Shown here: piece after piece, positions 18,121 to 28,689 of the stretch | Layout of the letters: the number at the start of each line of letters is the position of its first letter | How positions within the stretch are numbered: the first letter of the stretch is position 1 | Virus record (IMG/VR): IMGVR_UViG_3300034102_002416 | DNA length: 64,000 nt | From: a virus | Reading direction: 5' to 3' (one strand) | The notes under the pieces: model-generated | Seen by the model: the letters and a program-made list of their open reading frames with translations, nothing else | The model's database searches: none | Told to the model about the DNA's origin: nothing | Position numbers and translations under genes: made by a program

Positions 18121-18825
18121 TTAATTATTATAACCTTTTACAAATTGATAAAATTCTGATCTTGCGTTGCCATCTTCTAAAAATGCACCAGATAATTTCG
18201 CAGTTTTCATTGAAGCACCACCATGCTTAACTCCTCGACATTGCACACAGTTATGAGTTGCTTCAATCATTACTGCTACACCTTTATTGTTTTCGATAAG
18301 TTCATCAATTGCGTGGTGGATAGCAACAGTTAATTGTTCTTGAATTGCACCTCGTCTGCCAAAGTGCTCAACTACTCGATTCAATTTACTTAAACCAATA
18401 ACGTTGCTATTTTCACCCGGAATATATGCAACGTGAACTAGACCCATAATAGTTTGATGATGATGGCTACACATTGATGTTAATGGAATACCTCCTTCAA
18501 ACACAATGCCATCGTATCCATCACTTGGAAATGCTGTAATATCTGACATTGGTTCATATCGACCGGCCCATAAGTCATTTACATATGCCTTTGCTACTCG
18601 CCGAGGTGTATCAGCCGAGTTTGGATCAGATTCCCATGTTACGCCTAATGCGGTTAAGAATTGACCATAATGATATGCAGCTTTATCGATAATAGCTTGT
18701 TTTTCTTCTGTAGTCAATCTAGCATCTGGACCTTCAATCGATTGTTTTGTTGCTAACTGAATAGAAACTCCATTTGCAAAGCCAGGATGCACTAATTCTA
18801 AATTTGTTCTTTGTTTCGTTGTCAT
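18121..18825 (-). CDS. folE: GTP cyclohydrolase I
   Basis: TPRRVAK, SMCSHH, GLSKLNR, IQEQLT and HNCVQCRG. Confidence 0.96.
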   Translation of the reverse strand: MTTKQRTNLELVHPGFANGVSIQLATKQSIEGPDARLTTEEKQAIIDKAAYHYGQFLTALGVTWESDPNSADTPRRVAKAYVNDLWAGRYEPMSDITAFPSDGYDGIVFEGGIPLTSMCSHHHQTIMGLVHVAYIPGENSNVIGLSKLNRVVEHFGRRGAIQEQLTVAIHHAIDELIENNKGVAVMIEATHNCVQCRGVKHGGASMKTAKLSGAFLEDGNARSEFYQFVKGYNN

Positions 18826-18857
18826 AACTTGTTTTATTAATTATAATATAGAATATT

Positions 18858-19608
<751 letters not shown>

Positions 19609-19627
19609 ATTAATAAATATCTAAATA

Positions 19628-21484
19628 TTATTTTATCTCACACGCTCCACCAGCACAAGCTAATTCGCCTGATAAGTCGGTATTATCATCTAATTCAATT
19701 ACTTGACTCAAATCAATATTATGAAGAGATTTCATCATGTTCTCATATGTTTCTTGAGTACAATCTTCAAATGGAGCTTGTGTATAAGTTCCGCCATCAT
19801 ATGGCAATACTGATAATCCGTTATAATGATCTCTATTCTCCCACATCCATTCGCCAGCTAATTCCCATTCATCTGCTTTAAGTGAAACGGTTGCAGAAAC
19901 ATTGTGAGTATTATTTCCTGATCGGTGTCCTGGTTTAACCCATTCTAGGTGTACCTTTTTAATACGATCTAATAATTGGAATGGGGATTCTGTTCTCATA
20001 ATAGCGCCTTCTGGTGCTTTTTGAGGAATTGAAATAACTGCAGTGTCATGTGGACGGAAATACTCATCTTCAATAAGTTCTGGATGATTGATTGCTAGGT
20101 ATGAATAAATTGCTTCATTTTTTCCTACACGAATGCGACGAATATAATAATCATTGTGCCAAGCGTGAATACCTGATGATGTTCCTAATGCTAATGATGT
20201 CGTCCCTGCAGGCTTAACTGTGGTAGTACGAGCTGATTTGTTGATTCCAATCAATTCAGCTACCCGTACATTTTCTTCTTTAACTGCCTTTGCGGCAGCT
20301 TTCATATCATAGCCTAACACTGTTCCAGAACCGATTCCTGTCATGGATACTCCGATAAGGGCATCTTTCTCAGTCGTACGTTTCCATACTGGACGAAGAT
20401 AATGAAAATCAGTGTAACCTGCTTGAAGTGTTCCAATAAATGCTGCTGCTCGTACTCTTGCTTCTAAATCTTCTTGTGATTCGATGTCAGACGCGTTAAC
20501 TTCACATAAATTACAGAACTGAAATGGTCGTAATGCAATTTCACAACATGGATTCGTTCCCCAATCTTTATCATTTGTTAAATAAATTCCTGGTTCACCT
20601 GCTCCTGACAATTCAACACGTTTCCATAAATCCATAAAGAATTCTTTTGTTAATTTATGACGCATTAATGTTGCTGAATTGTTTGCACGCCCTCGTTGTG
20701 GATTATGCTCCCACCAATTACCAGATTTGCATGAAATCATTTCTTCATCATCGGCACTAAAAAGACTAATAAGAGCTGCTCTACGAATACCCCCGGCTAA
20801 TACTGCATCTGCAATATGACAAACCATATCGTGTACTTCAATAGCAGTTAATTTATCGCCATCTTCTTTTGCATCTAAGATACCGGCTAATTTAATTAAA
20901 CATTCTTTAAGTGGTTGTGGGCCTGGTGCTTTTCCTCCGGATGTTACTAAACGAGCACCTTTGGCACGAATATCCGAAAAATCAAATGTAAACGTAGATC
21001 CACCTTCGAAATACGATTTAACTAATGCCTTTACTGCATCAGCCCATCCTTCGATCGAATCCGCGATAAGATATCTTCGTGTTTTCTTTGGATTAGGTTT
21101 ACGAATTTCAGGCAATTTTTCTACGTGATGTGTTTGAACTGAATATCCTACACCAGTACCGCCTAAAAGTAAAAACATTGCTTCGCCAAATGCTCGATAA
21201 TCATCAATTGGTAAATATGCACAGTTATAAATTCGGTTAGGGGAGATTTCAATTGGTTTTCCGCCGAATTGCAAACTACGCATCGATGGTAATACTTTTT
21301 TATCATAAACAAATTTATATGCAGCTTCAATTTCATCTCGCAAATGCGGATACTTCTTTTGATGCATTTCTTTGTTTCTCGTAACTAATTCTTCCCATGT
21401 TTCTCGACGATTGAGCTCGGGAACATACTTTGCATACTTCATGTATACTGTAATTTCACTTAAAATTTTGTTTGAAATCTCCAT
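19628..21484 (-). CDS. nrdJ: class II (B12-dependent) ribonucleotide reductase
   Basis: YNCA, GTNPCCEI, CNL, TVKPAGT and C-terminal CAGGAC; no small subunit nearby. Confidence 0.85.
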   Translation of the reverse strand: MEISNKILSEITVYMKYAKYVPELNRRETWEELVTRNKEMHQKKYPHLRDEIEAAYKFVYDKKVLPSMRSLQFGGKPIEISPNRIYNCAYLPIDDYRAFGEAMFLLLGGTGVGYSVQTHHVEKLPEIRKPNPKKTRRYLIADSIEGWADAVKALVKSYFEGGSTFTFDFSDIRAKGARLVTSGGKAPGPQPLKECLIKLAGILDAKEDGDKLTAIEVHDMVCHIADAVLAGGIRRAALISLFSADDEEMISCKSGNWWEHNPQRGRANNSATLMRHKLTKEFFMDLWKRVELSGAGEPGIYLTNDKDWGTNPCCEIALRPFQFCNLCEVNASDIESQEDLEARVRAAAFIGTLQAGYTDFHYLRPVWKRTTEKDALIGVSMTGIGSGTVLGYDMKAAAKAVKEENVRVAELIGINKSARTTTVKPAGTTSLALGTSSGIHAWHNDYYIRRIRVGKNEAIYSYLAINHPELIEDEYFRPHDTAVISIPQKAPEGAIMRTESPFQLLDRIKKVHLEWVKPGHRSGNNTHNVSATVSLKADEWELAGEWMWENRDHYNGLSVLPYDGGTYTQAPFEDCTQETYENMMKSLHNIDLSQVIELDDNTDLSGELACAGGACEIK

Positions 21485-21526
21485 GTTGTAATCTCTTTAA
21501 TTTAAAAAATATAAATGTTTATTAGA

Positions 21527-21557
21527 TAAAAAAAGGGCCGAATATTATCCGGACCTC
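21527..21557 (-). terminator. intrinsic terminator after helicase
   Basis: Imperfect stem AGGTCCGGA/TTCGGCCCT followed by a T-tract. Confidence 0.55.
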
Positions 21558-21576
21558 ATTTTATATAAATATGGTT

Positions 21577-22944
21577 TTATCCTAAAGTTCCACCCAAATC
21601 TTTGAATTTTTGTGCTAAATTTTTCTTCATAACATTTTCGCCTGTTTTCATAACTTGTGTGGTCTGTTTGCCTTGTGTTGTTTGTGGCTCAAAAAATTGA
21701 AATTGGCCGTTGTTTGTGTTAATTTTACTAGGCAAGGTAATGCCATCTGGGCCGAACCGATTCTTAATAACGTGACCTCTACCTGTACCTGACATTTTAT
21801 CTTCAACCTTACGAGACAATGACATCAAGAAGTCAGCTACCATCACTTTTCCATATGATGATGCAATTTTATCTGCTTCAATAATATCTTCTTCTAACGC
21901 ACTTCGACCTGCTTGTGATGCCGTCCAAACCGGAATATCATACTCACCTGCCATTCCTCGTAACTCCTCGTAAAGTTCTTCTAATGCCTCGTGTTTGTCC
22001 TTTTTTGTATTGATTTTTAACAAATCACCATAATCTACAATTACAACATCTGGCTTTTTACCTAGCATAATAGTTTTTTCTAAATGAGCTTTTAATCCCA
22101 TTACGCCAACTGATTTAGTTGGAAAATATTTTACAATCAAATCACCGCGTAAACTTTTCATTTTATCTTCAACTGTGTCTTGATGATTTTTTAAGCTCTG
22201 TGCATTAATACCAGTTAATACCGAATCATAACGTTGTCCTACATAATTTTCATTAAGTTCTAATGTGTAATGTATTACGGTATGACCTGCCTTTACTGCA
22301 TTAGCTCCAATGTTAATTAAGAGCCATGATTTACCAATACCAGCTGGTGCCATTACTACACCTAATTCACCTGGAGCTAATCCGCCGTCCATTAAATCAT
22401 CAATAACATCCCATCCGGTTGTAATTGTATGACGCGATGCTTCGGCGTATCGAGCTGATATATTAAGTTTATATTCTAACCCAATATTAGTATCAGCACC
22501 AGCTTTCATTGCTGTATCAATCTTTGACTTTATTTCATCATAATTTCCACGTTGCAACAAATTAACCGAATCCATAATTGCCCGTTTAATTTCCTGATTT
22601 TTACAGAAATTAAGTATTTCATCTTTGACAAAACTTAAATCATCTGATTCCATGTATCGGAACACATCTTTAAGTTGTTCTAGTATTGCAGTTTTAAGTA
22701 TAGATTCTGGACCAGATTCACTTAATGCAGTTAATCGAACTTTTAAAACATCTTTTGTTGGGGGTGTTTTATATTGTTGAAAATGATCTAAAACTGTTTC
22801 TAATACCCAATTATTTGCATCTGATTCGAAATACTCTGGGCGAATAATATCGGCAATTTGTTGTAAAAATATTCGGTCGGTAAACATTGCTGCTAAAACT
22901 TTTACTTGAAAGCTCCAGCCATATTCCGATAGTTTATCTGTCAT
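21577..22944 (-). CDS. DnaB-like replicative helicase (gp41-like)
   Basis: APAGIGKS, YTLEL, IVDYGD, WTASQ and KNRFG. Confidence 0.93.
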   Translation of the reverse strand: MTDKLSEYGWSFQVKVLAAMFTDRIFLQQIADIIRPEYFESDANNWVLETVLDHFQQYKTPPTKDVLKVRLTALSESGPESILKTAILEQLKDVFRYMESDDLSFVKDEILNFCKNQEIKRAIMDSVNLLQRGNYDEIKSKIDTAMKAGADTNIGLEYKLNISARYAEASRHTITTGWDVIDDLMDGGLAPGELGVVMAPAGIGKSWLLINIGANAVKAGHTVIHYTLELNENYVGQRYDSVLTGINAQSLKNHQDTVEDKMKSLRGDLIVKYFPTKSVGVMGLKAHLEKTIMLGKKPDVVIVDYGDLLKINTKKDKHEALEELYEELRGMAGEYDIPVWTASQAGRSALEEDIIEADKIASSYGKVMVADFLMSLSRKVEDKMSGTGRGHVIKNRFGPDGITLPSKINTNNGQFQFFEPQTTQGKQTTQVMKTGENVMKKNLAQKFKDLGGTLG

Positions 22945-22980
22945 AAACTTATTATATAATAGTTATGTATAAATTCCAAG

Positions 22981-24039
22981 TTATTTTTTATGTGTTTGTT
23001 GTGCAAATGCATTTAGTGATAACCATGTATTATTTAACCAATCTGGTAAATTTTTCATAGTTGACCACATTTTGTCTTCCATGAATAATCTTTGAAATTC
23101 CATTTTGTTCATCATTGGAATCGGCTGATCTAATATACCTCGAATTACCGTAGCACTCTGAGCTGGAATATCTAATAATTTAATATTCATTAAACGATAA
23201 TTCTTATCAATAGTATCCTGATTTTCTAGTATTTTACCATATGTTTTTGATTCATTTAAATTATTAGTGCATTTATTAAATAATGCATCTAACGTAAACT
23301 CAGTAGTATCAGCAAGTTCGGGTAATGTTTTTATAATTGTCTTTGGACCTATTCCAGATACCCCGGGTATGTTGTCAGAGGTGTCGCCTGTAAATGTTCG
23401 ATAAATAACATAGTTATTTGGATGTACTCCAAATTCATCTAATAATGCTTGTTCGTCATACATTTTCTTTTTGATAGGCGACCATACTTGAATTGTAGGA
23501 CTTATTAACTGATAAAAATCTCTATCCGTTGAAACTATGGTAATTTTTTTAGAAATACCTTGATACATATCAGCAATATATGCAATCGTATCATCTGCTT
23601 CGATACCATCAATTGAAATAAATGTTACTGGTAAATTATCTAGATATGATACTAATCGAGAAAATTGCCAACGCATTGCTTCCTGTTCATCTTCAATTGT
23701 AGCAAATTGTTGATGATCGTGTCTACGTAAACGTGTTTTATTTGCTCGATTACCTTTATAATCGCCGTAAATCTTTCTGCGACGAGCAGATCCGCCTCTA
23801 CCATCAAACACGATAACTAACCGAGATGGTTTAAAATCTCGAACTACTTTACCTATTGAAAATAAAAATCCAGTAATTCCTCCGATATGATCACCATCTT
23901 CATTTGTAGATGGAGTTGCTCCAAACGCTCTAATAAAGGTGTTTAGCCCATCAAGCACCATAATATGATCATTGACACTTGATGGACTATTTTCCTTTTC
24001 TTGTTGTAACTGTTTGAATAGCTGTTGATACCTGTTCAT
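22981..24039 (-). CDS. 5'-3' exonuclease / T4 RNase H-like
   Basis: DGLN, VFDG, YKGNR, EADD, STDRDF and GDTSDNIPGVSGIGPKT. Confidence 0.93.
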   Translation of the reverse strand: MNRYQQLFKQLQQEKENSPSSVNDHIMVLDGLNTFIRAFGATPSTNEDGDHIGGITGFLFSIGKVVRDFKPSRLVIVFDGRGGSARRRKIYGDYKGNRANKTRLRRHDHQQFATIEDEQEAMRWQFSRLVSYLDNLPVTFISIDGIEADDTIAYIADMYQGISKKITIVSTDRDFYQLISPTIQVWSPIKKKMYDEQALLDEFGVHPNNYVIYRTFTGDTSDNIPGVSGIGPKTIIKTLPELADTTEFTLDALFNKCTNNLNESKTYGKILENQDTIDKNYRLMNIKLLDIPAQSATVIRGILDQPIPMMNKMEFQRLFMEDKMWSTMKNLPDWLNNTWLSLNAFAQQTHKK

Positions 24040-25202
24040 TAAGCTTCTTCGTCTATAACCTCATCTGTAATAATTACGTCATCAATACCGCCATCGATAC
24101 CAGCTTGATACTTAAAGATATACGCATCGCATATTCTTTTATACAATCGATCTTTAATCTCTGGTTGATTGATTACCTTATCTACAAATGTTTTTGATTG
24201 AAATTTAATTTCTCCAAATACTTCTCCAGTTTCAATATCAGTGTCATCTAATGTATAATGAGCTCCTGATTGTTTTACTAGATTGTATTTTTTCATTGTT
24301 TCAAGCCATCCACCATAGTTATCAATACCACTATCATAATAGATGTCATAGTTGATTTTTCGATGCGGAGGACCCATTCTGTTTTTCACTACTTGTACTT
24401 CAGTCTTACTTCCTACCACTTGTTCAACGCCTTCAACTTTGGCTTTAATCATTCCAGTATTCTTAAGACGAAGACGTACAGATGCATGAAATGGAATCGC
24501 TTTACCACCCGATGTTGTCCACGCATCGCCGAATGATACCCCTAATTTAGTTCGTAACTGATTAGTCATAATCAAACAAATTCTTTCTCGTGCAATCCAG
24601 TTAGTTACCTTACGCATTGCTTTTGATAGAATAATTGATTTACTGGTAGCATATCCATCTTTGTCATATTCAGCAGCCATTTCTATTTTTGTAGATGCAC
24701 CCATAATAGAGTCAACAATAATAGTAACGAGACGATCTTTATCTGATTTACGTACCTGTTCAACAATAGTTTCAATTGTTTCAAAAATTTCTTCTACTGT
24801 TTCTAATGGAACATATAACATTGATTTCAAATCAATTCCAATAGCTGACATAAATTCAGCACTAGTTGCTGCTTCTGTATCAATATAAACTGCTAATCCA
24901 CCTTTTTTCTGTGTTTCTGCAGCTACATGAGATACTAATAAAGACTTACCTGATGCTTCTAATCCGGTAACTTCAGTTATCCGACCTACTGGGAATCCTC
25001 CGTTCGATCGGTTTGAAATCGCTAAATCGAGCATATCACAACCAGATGAAATCCATTCTGTTACATTGCTTGGTGAATCAGCATCTCCTTCTAAAAAGAA
25101 AGCTGTTTTAAGAGCTTGCCCTTTAAATTGCTTGTTAATGCTATCAGCTAATGTACTTGCTAATGAGTCTTCCAGTTCCAGTTTGCTTTTACTCTTTGCC
25201 AT
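24039..25202 (-). CDS. uvsX: RecA/UvsX recombinase
   Basis: GLEASGKS, YIDTE, IVDS, NQLR and SGGKAIPFHASVR. Confidence 0.93.
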   Translation of the reverse strand: MAKSKSKLELEDSLASTLADSINKQFKGQALKTAFFLEGDADSPSNVTEWISSGCDMLDLAISNRSNGGFPVGRITEVTGLEASGKSLLVSHVAAETQKKGGLAVYIDTEAATSAEFMSAIGIDLKSMLYVPLETVEEIFETIETIVEQVRKSDKDRLVTIIVDSIMGASTKIEMAAEYDKDGYATSKSIILSKAMRKVTNWIARERICLIMTNQLRTKLGVSFGDAWTTSGGKAIPFHASVRLRLKNTGMIKAKVEGVEQVVGSKTEVQVVKNRMGPPHRKINYDIYYDSGIDNYGGWLETMKKYNLVKQSGAHYTLDDTDIETGEVFGEIKFQSKTFVDKVINQPEIKDRLYKRICDAYIFKYQAGIDGGIDDVIITDEVIDEEA

Positions 25203-25215
25203 TTATAACTCCTTC

Positions 25216-25992
25216 TTAATTAAAAAGATCATTGAATGCTGATGCTACGTCATCAACTTTACCTGCTACTGGCTTTGCAGCTTTTGCTGGTGTTGAAACG
25301 CCTTGTGCCTCTTCTTCTTCATCAGCTGCTACATCTGAATCTGCATTTTCAGGATTCATCCATTCTGTTAATGCAACTTCTAACTCTTCATAAGTTGGTT
25401 CAGGAAATATGTCAGTAATTACTGGTTGATTCATAATCTTTTCAGCAATTGCTTTATCTTCTGTTGCTGGCTGTGTGTTTGGTTTCACTCGAATTGCAGT
25501 TTTTGGAAATGCACCACCTTCTGCAGGAGTAAATTCTACATCAATATCACGACCATTCATTAAATCTGTAATGTCTCCATAGTCTGGATCAGAGATAATT
25601 GATAATAGTTCTGCGTAGATAGTTTTACCAAATCCCCAAAACTTTACACCTTCTGCTTCTTTACCGCGCACGATAACAGGTACATAAGTTCTCATTTTAG
25701 GCTCAATTTTACGACCCATCATCCATTCATCCTTATCGCCAGTTTTTTTTAGTTTGTCTGAAAACTCTACGATTGGATCTGCATTGCCGAATGAGATCGG
25801 TGATAACATTGATCTTTTGCCAATGTCGTAATGAAAATACAATTCTAAGAATGGATTGTCTTTTCTGTGCACATATGGCACGATACGGATTCTTGTTTTA
25901 CCTGCTTCAGGTTTCCACAAATTGTTTTTCTTTTCATCAGTTTTGTTCAACTGATTGAGTTTTGCCTTTATGGCATCTAAATTTAAGCCCAT
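25216..25992 (-). CDS. single-stranded DNA-binding protein (gp32-like)
   Basis: LWKP..GKTRIRIVP, FWGFGKTIY, DITDLMNGRD; acidic tail ending FNDLFN. Confidence 0.85.
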   Translation of the reverse strand: MGLNLDAIKAKLNQLNKTDEKKNNLWKPEAGKTRIRIVPYVHRKDNPFLELYFHYDIGKRSMLSPISFGNADPIVEFSDKLKKTGDKDEWMMGRKIEPKMRTYVPVIVRGKEAEGVKFWGFGKTIYAELLSIISDPDYGDITDLMNGRDIDVEFTPAEGGAFPKTAIRVKPNTQPATEDKAIAEKIMNQPVITDIFPEPTYEELEVALTEWMNPENADSDVAADEEEEAQGVSTPAKAAKPVAGKVDDVASAFNDLFN

Positions 25993-26096
25993 TGGTTAAA
26001 TCCTTTTTTAATTGGTTAATAAAATATAAAATATTAATTACATTATAAGTAATTAAATCGTTAAATCAAAGTAATTTGTTAAGTTTTTTTTTGTTT

Positions 26097-26597
26097 TTAA
26101 AATAAATAATCCATAATCGTAGAATCACTTATTCCATATTTTGTAGCAATATCTTCATCCTGTATTTCTACATTTTGAATATCACCATCTTCATCATATG
26201 TAACTGTCAAATCGATAGTATCGGTACCAACTTTAAGTTCACAGTCAAATGTAATGTCGGATACTAATCTGGTTTGATCATATGCACCAGTTGGATCATT
26301 TTTACTTTCAATATCTTGTTTGATGTCGTTCACAATATCTTGAAATGTATTTTTATCATCAATTCCAGATCCTTGAAAATACATAGATGTAATACCAGAA
26401 ATGTTGGTATCATAATCAACTCGGTTAATATGAAGTTTTAAATTCTTAGGATCAAACATTGGATTACCTGTTCGAGGATCTCGATTGGCACCATCGAATC
26501 CTAATTTATTTTCCAAATCACTTAAATCAGCTTCGTGTAGATTTTTTGTATTAAAACGACGCATATTTTCTGCTAGGATGTTTTCTAGTTTTTTCAT
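26097..26597 (-). CDS. leader-tagged acidic hypothetical protein
   Basis: MKKLENILAENMRRFNTKNLHE leader. Confidence 0.7.
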   Translation of the reverse strand: MKKLENILAENMRRFNTKNLHEADLSDLENKLGFDGANRDPRTGNPMFDPKNLKLHINRVDYDTNISGITSMYFQGSGIDDKNTFQDIVNDIKQDIESKNDPTGAYDQTRLVSDITFDCELKVGTDTIDLTVTYDEDGDIQNVEIQDEDIATKYGISDSTIMDYLF

Positions 26598-26603
26598 AAT
26601 TAC

Positions 26604-27029
26604 TTATTTTGAAAATCGATATGCGTAACTGCTAGTATCGCCGGATTGGATTGCATATGCGTGTTGTAACATACGATTAAGATTATCTCTTACATCTCGG
26701 TAAGTTCCTTGCCATCCGCTATATGTTTTTGAATATGGATATAATTCTAAAAATGCATTTATAAAATCCATAGTAGTCGCACTGCCAGGCGTTTTATCTT
26801 TATAGATTGATAACAAATCCATCACATCATTTTTAAACTCAGCCATATCAATACGAGCTCGTTTTATTCTAGAATAGTTTTGTTCTAGTTTAGATAAAAA
26901 ACTATCCTGTATTCTTTGATCTGCTTCGGCATCTAATCCAGTCGTTTTACCTAATTGTGCTGGCGACTTATAATCAGCAGGATTCCATTTCTGCTCATCT
27001 TCTTTTAATAAATGTTTTAATTTTAGCAT
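26604..27029 (-). CDS. leader-tagged hypothetical protein
   Basis: MLKLKHLLKE N-terminus; late motif at 27049. Confidence 0.65.
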   Translation of the reverse strand: MLKLKHLLKEDEQKWNPADYKSPAQLGKTTGLDAEADQRIQDSFLSKLEQNYSRIKRARIDMAEFKNDVMDLLSIYKDKTPGSATTMDFINAFLELYPYSKTYSGWQGTYRDVRDNLNRMLQHAYAIQSGDTSSYAYRFSK

Positions 27030-27055
27030 AGTTATTCCTATTACTTATATAAATA

Positions 27056-27442
27056 TCAATTCCAAGTAATTTTCTTAAAAAATACCAATCCAACAACACG
27101 ATATCCAGCATCATCTGTTAATATAAATGAATTTTGATATTTACTCCAATCCAATTGATATGTTTTATCTAAAACTCCGTTATTAACCGTTCGTATAACT
27201 TCATTAAGTGCATTAACCGTATACAAGGTATTTGTTTCTTTTTTACGGTGTATGCTTATTGTGTTTTGTCCTCTGCGACCAGAATCGATAGCATTGTATG
27301 TGCAATACAAATTGTCTGCATGATCTTCGTTTGCAAATACAAATATTCGACGTTCTGGAATCTCGTAGTTATGTTGTATGTATTCGGATATAATGTTTAA
27401 ATCCGTTTTATGTGCAAATGTGCAAAGTAGTTGTGTTTTCAA
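27056..27442 (-). CDS. hypothetical phage protein
   Basis: 128-aa ORF with ATGA coupling to the upstream gene. Confidence 0.65.
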   Translation of the reverse strand: MKTQLLCTFAHKTDLNIISEYIQHNYEIPERRIFVFANEDHADNLYCTYNAIDSGRRGQNTISIHRKKETNTLYTVNALNEVIRTVNNGVLDKTYQLDWSKYQNSFILTDDAGYRVVGLVFFKKITWN

Positions 27443-28689
27443 AGTTCATATTCCTCAGTTATATCCGTATCGCTTAAATCAATTTTATCTGAACCAATTG
27501 CCGTTTCTATTATACGTATTTTTCCGGCATCTATAACTACATATCTAAATTCGTTTGTAACTCGTATACGATCTTTTCTAAAAACAATAAATTGTAAATC
27601 GTTACCTATAATTGAATCAACAGCTTCTTGTAAATCTACATCTAACATTTCTGGTTGTCGTACGTATTTTAATCGACGAAGTTCTGTGTTAATATATGTA
27701 ATGTCCTGACTACCATCATCGATAGGCTTAATAGTTACTGATCCATCAATTGTTTGTTTTAATGGCTCAATTGACATTTCTATAGGAGTAGCATTTGGTC
27801 CGCGTAAAATAACATTAGTATATCCTTGTATTTCAGAATTTAATAAGTTAGCTTCTCGATAAAATTGCATTAAAAATTGTTTATCTTTCATATTTAAATT
27901 TCCAGCTAAAATAAATGTGCGCCGATCATCTAAATATGCAATAGAATTTAACAACGATTCGTTAAAATATTTATGAAATTTAAATTTTGGGTTTTCAACA
28001 GTTCCTCGTAATTGATCTAGACGTTTCAAAGTTGTTACTATTTCATCCCAAAATTTAAATCTAGTAACACTAGCTTTAGTACCCAATCGAATCGATTTAG
28101 CATTTCCTTTCCCACCAGTATAATCTTTTATTTCATAGGATCGTCCATTTGCTGTCATATCAAATGATACTCCGCTGCCGTTTATTCGTGATCCTTTGAT
28201 TAAAGATGCTAATAAAATTTCACCTTTTCCTATACCCTTAGGTTCTAATTTGAATAAATCATGTCCAATGCCGGATTTGAAGTTTATAGTATTTAACTCA
28301 TCCTCTGTAACATCATTCAATGTATATAACAAAGAAGCAAACATTACAGATTGTTCCGAATTCAATTGATTTAAAAAATTTAAAGTTATAGCATCTGCTT
28401 CAGTTGGTAATAAATTTAAAAATTCTCGAAATTCATTGGTTTTATTTGCTTGTTGAATTGCATTAATTAATAATTGATTTTCGATAGAATCAAATTGTAT
28501 AGATTCAGTAACGAGTTGTTTAACGTTACCTCGAGCTCGTTCTACAATCAGTCGTGCTTCGTCTGGAGATATATTTACCACTTCTAATAAAACATCATAT
28601 AATGTCTCATAATCTTTAGATGCAGTAGGATATCCTTTTGGTAATCGATAACACCATTCTGTTAATATTAAATTAATGTCTATGTTCAT
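27439..28689 (-). CDS. hypothetical protein with possible PD-(D/E)XK nuclease core
   Basis: GKGE...FD...YEIKD; N-terminal ILTE; late motif at 28713. Confidence 0.55.
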   Translation of the reverse strand: MNIDINLILTEWCYRLPKGYPTASKDYETLYDVLLEVVNISPDEARLIVERARGNVKQLVTESIQFDSIENQLLINAIQQANKTNEFREFLNLLPTEADAITLNFLNQLNSEQSVMFASLLYTLNDVTEDELNTINFKSGIGHDLFKLEPKGIGKGEILLASLIKGSRINGSGVSFDMTANGRSYEIKDYTGGKGNAKSIRLGTKASVTRFKFWDEIVTTLKRLDQLRGTVENPKFKFHKYFNESLLNSIAYLDDRRTFILAGNLNMKDKQFLMQFYREANLLNSEIQGYTNVILRGPNATPIEMSIEPLKQTIDGSVTIKPIDDGSQDITYINTELRRLKYVRQPEMLDVDLQEAVDSIIGNDLQFIVFRKDRIRVTNEFRYVVIDAGKIRIIETAIGSDKIDLSDTDITEEYEL

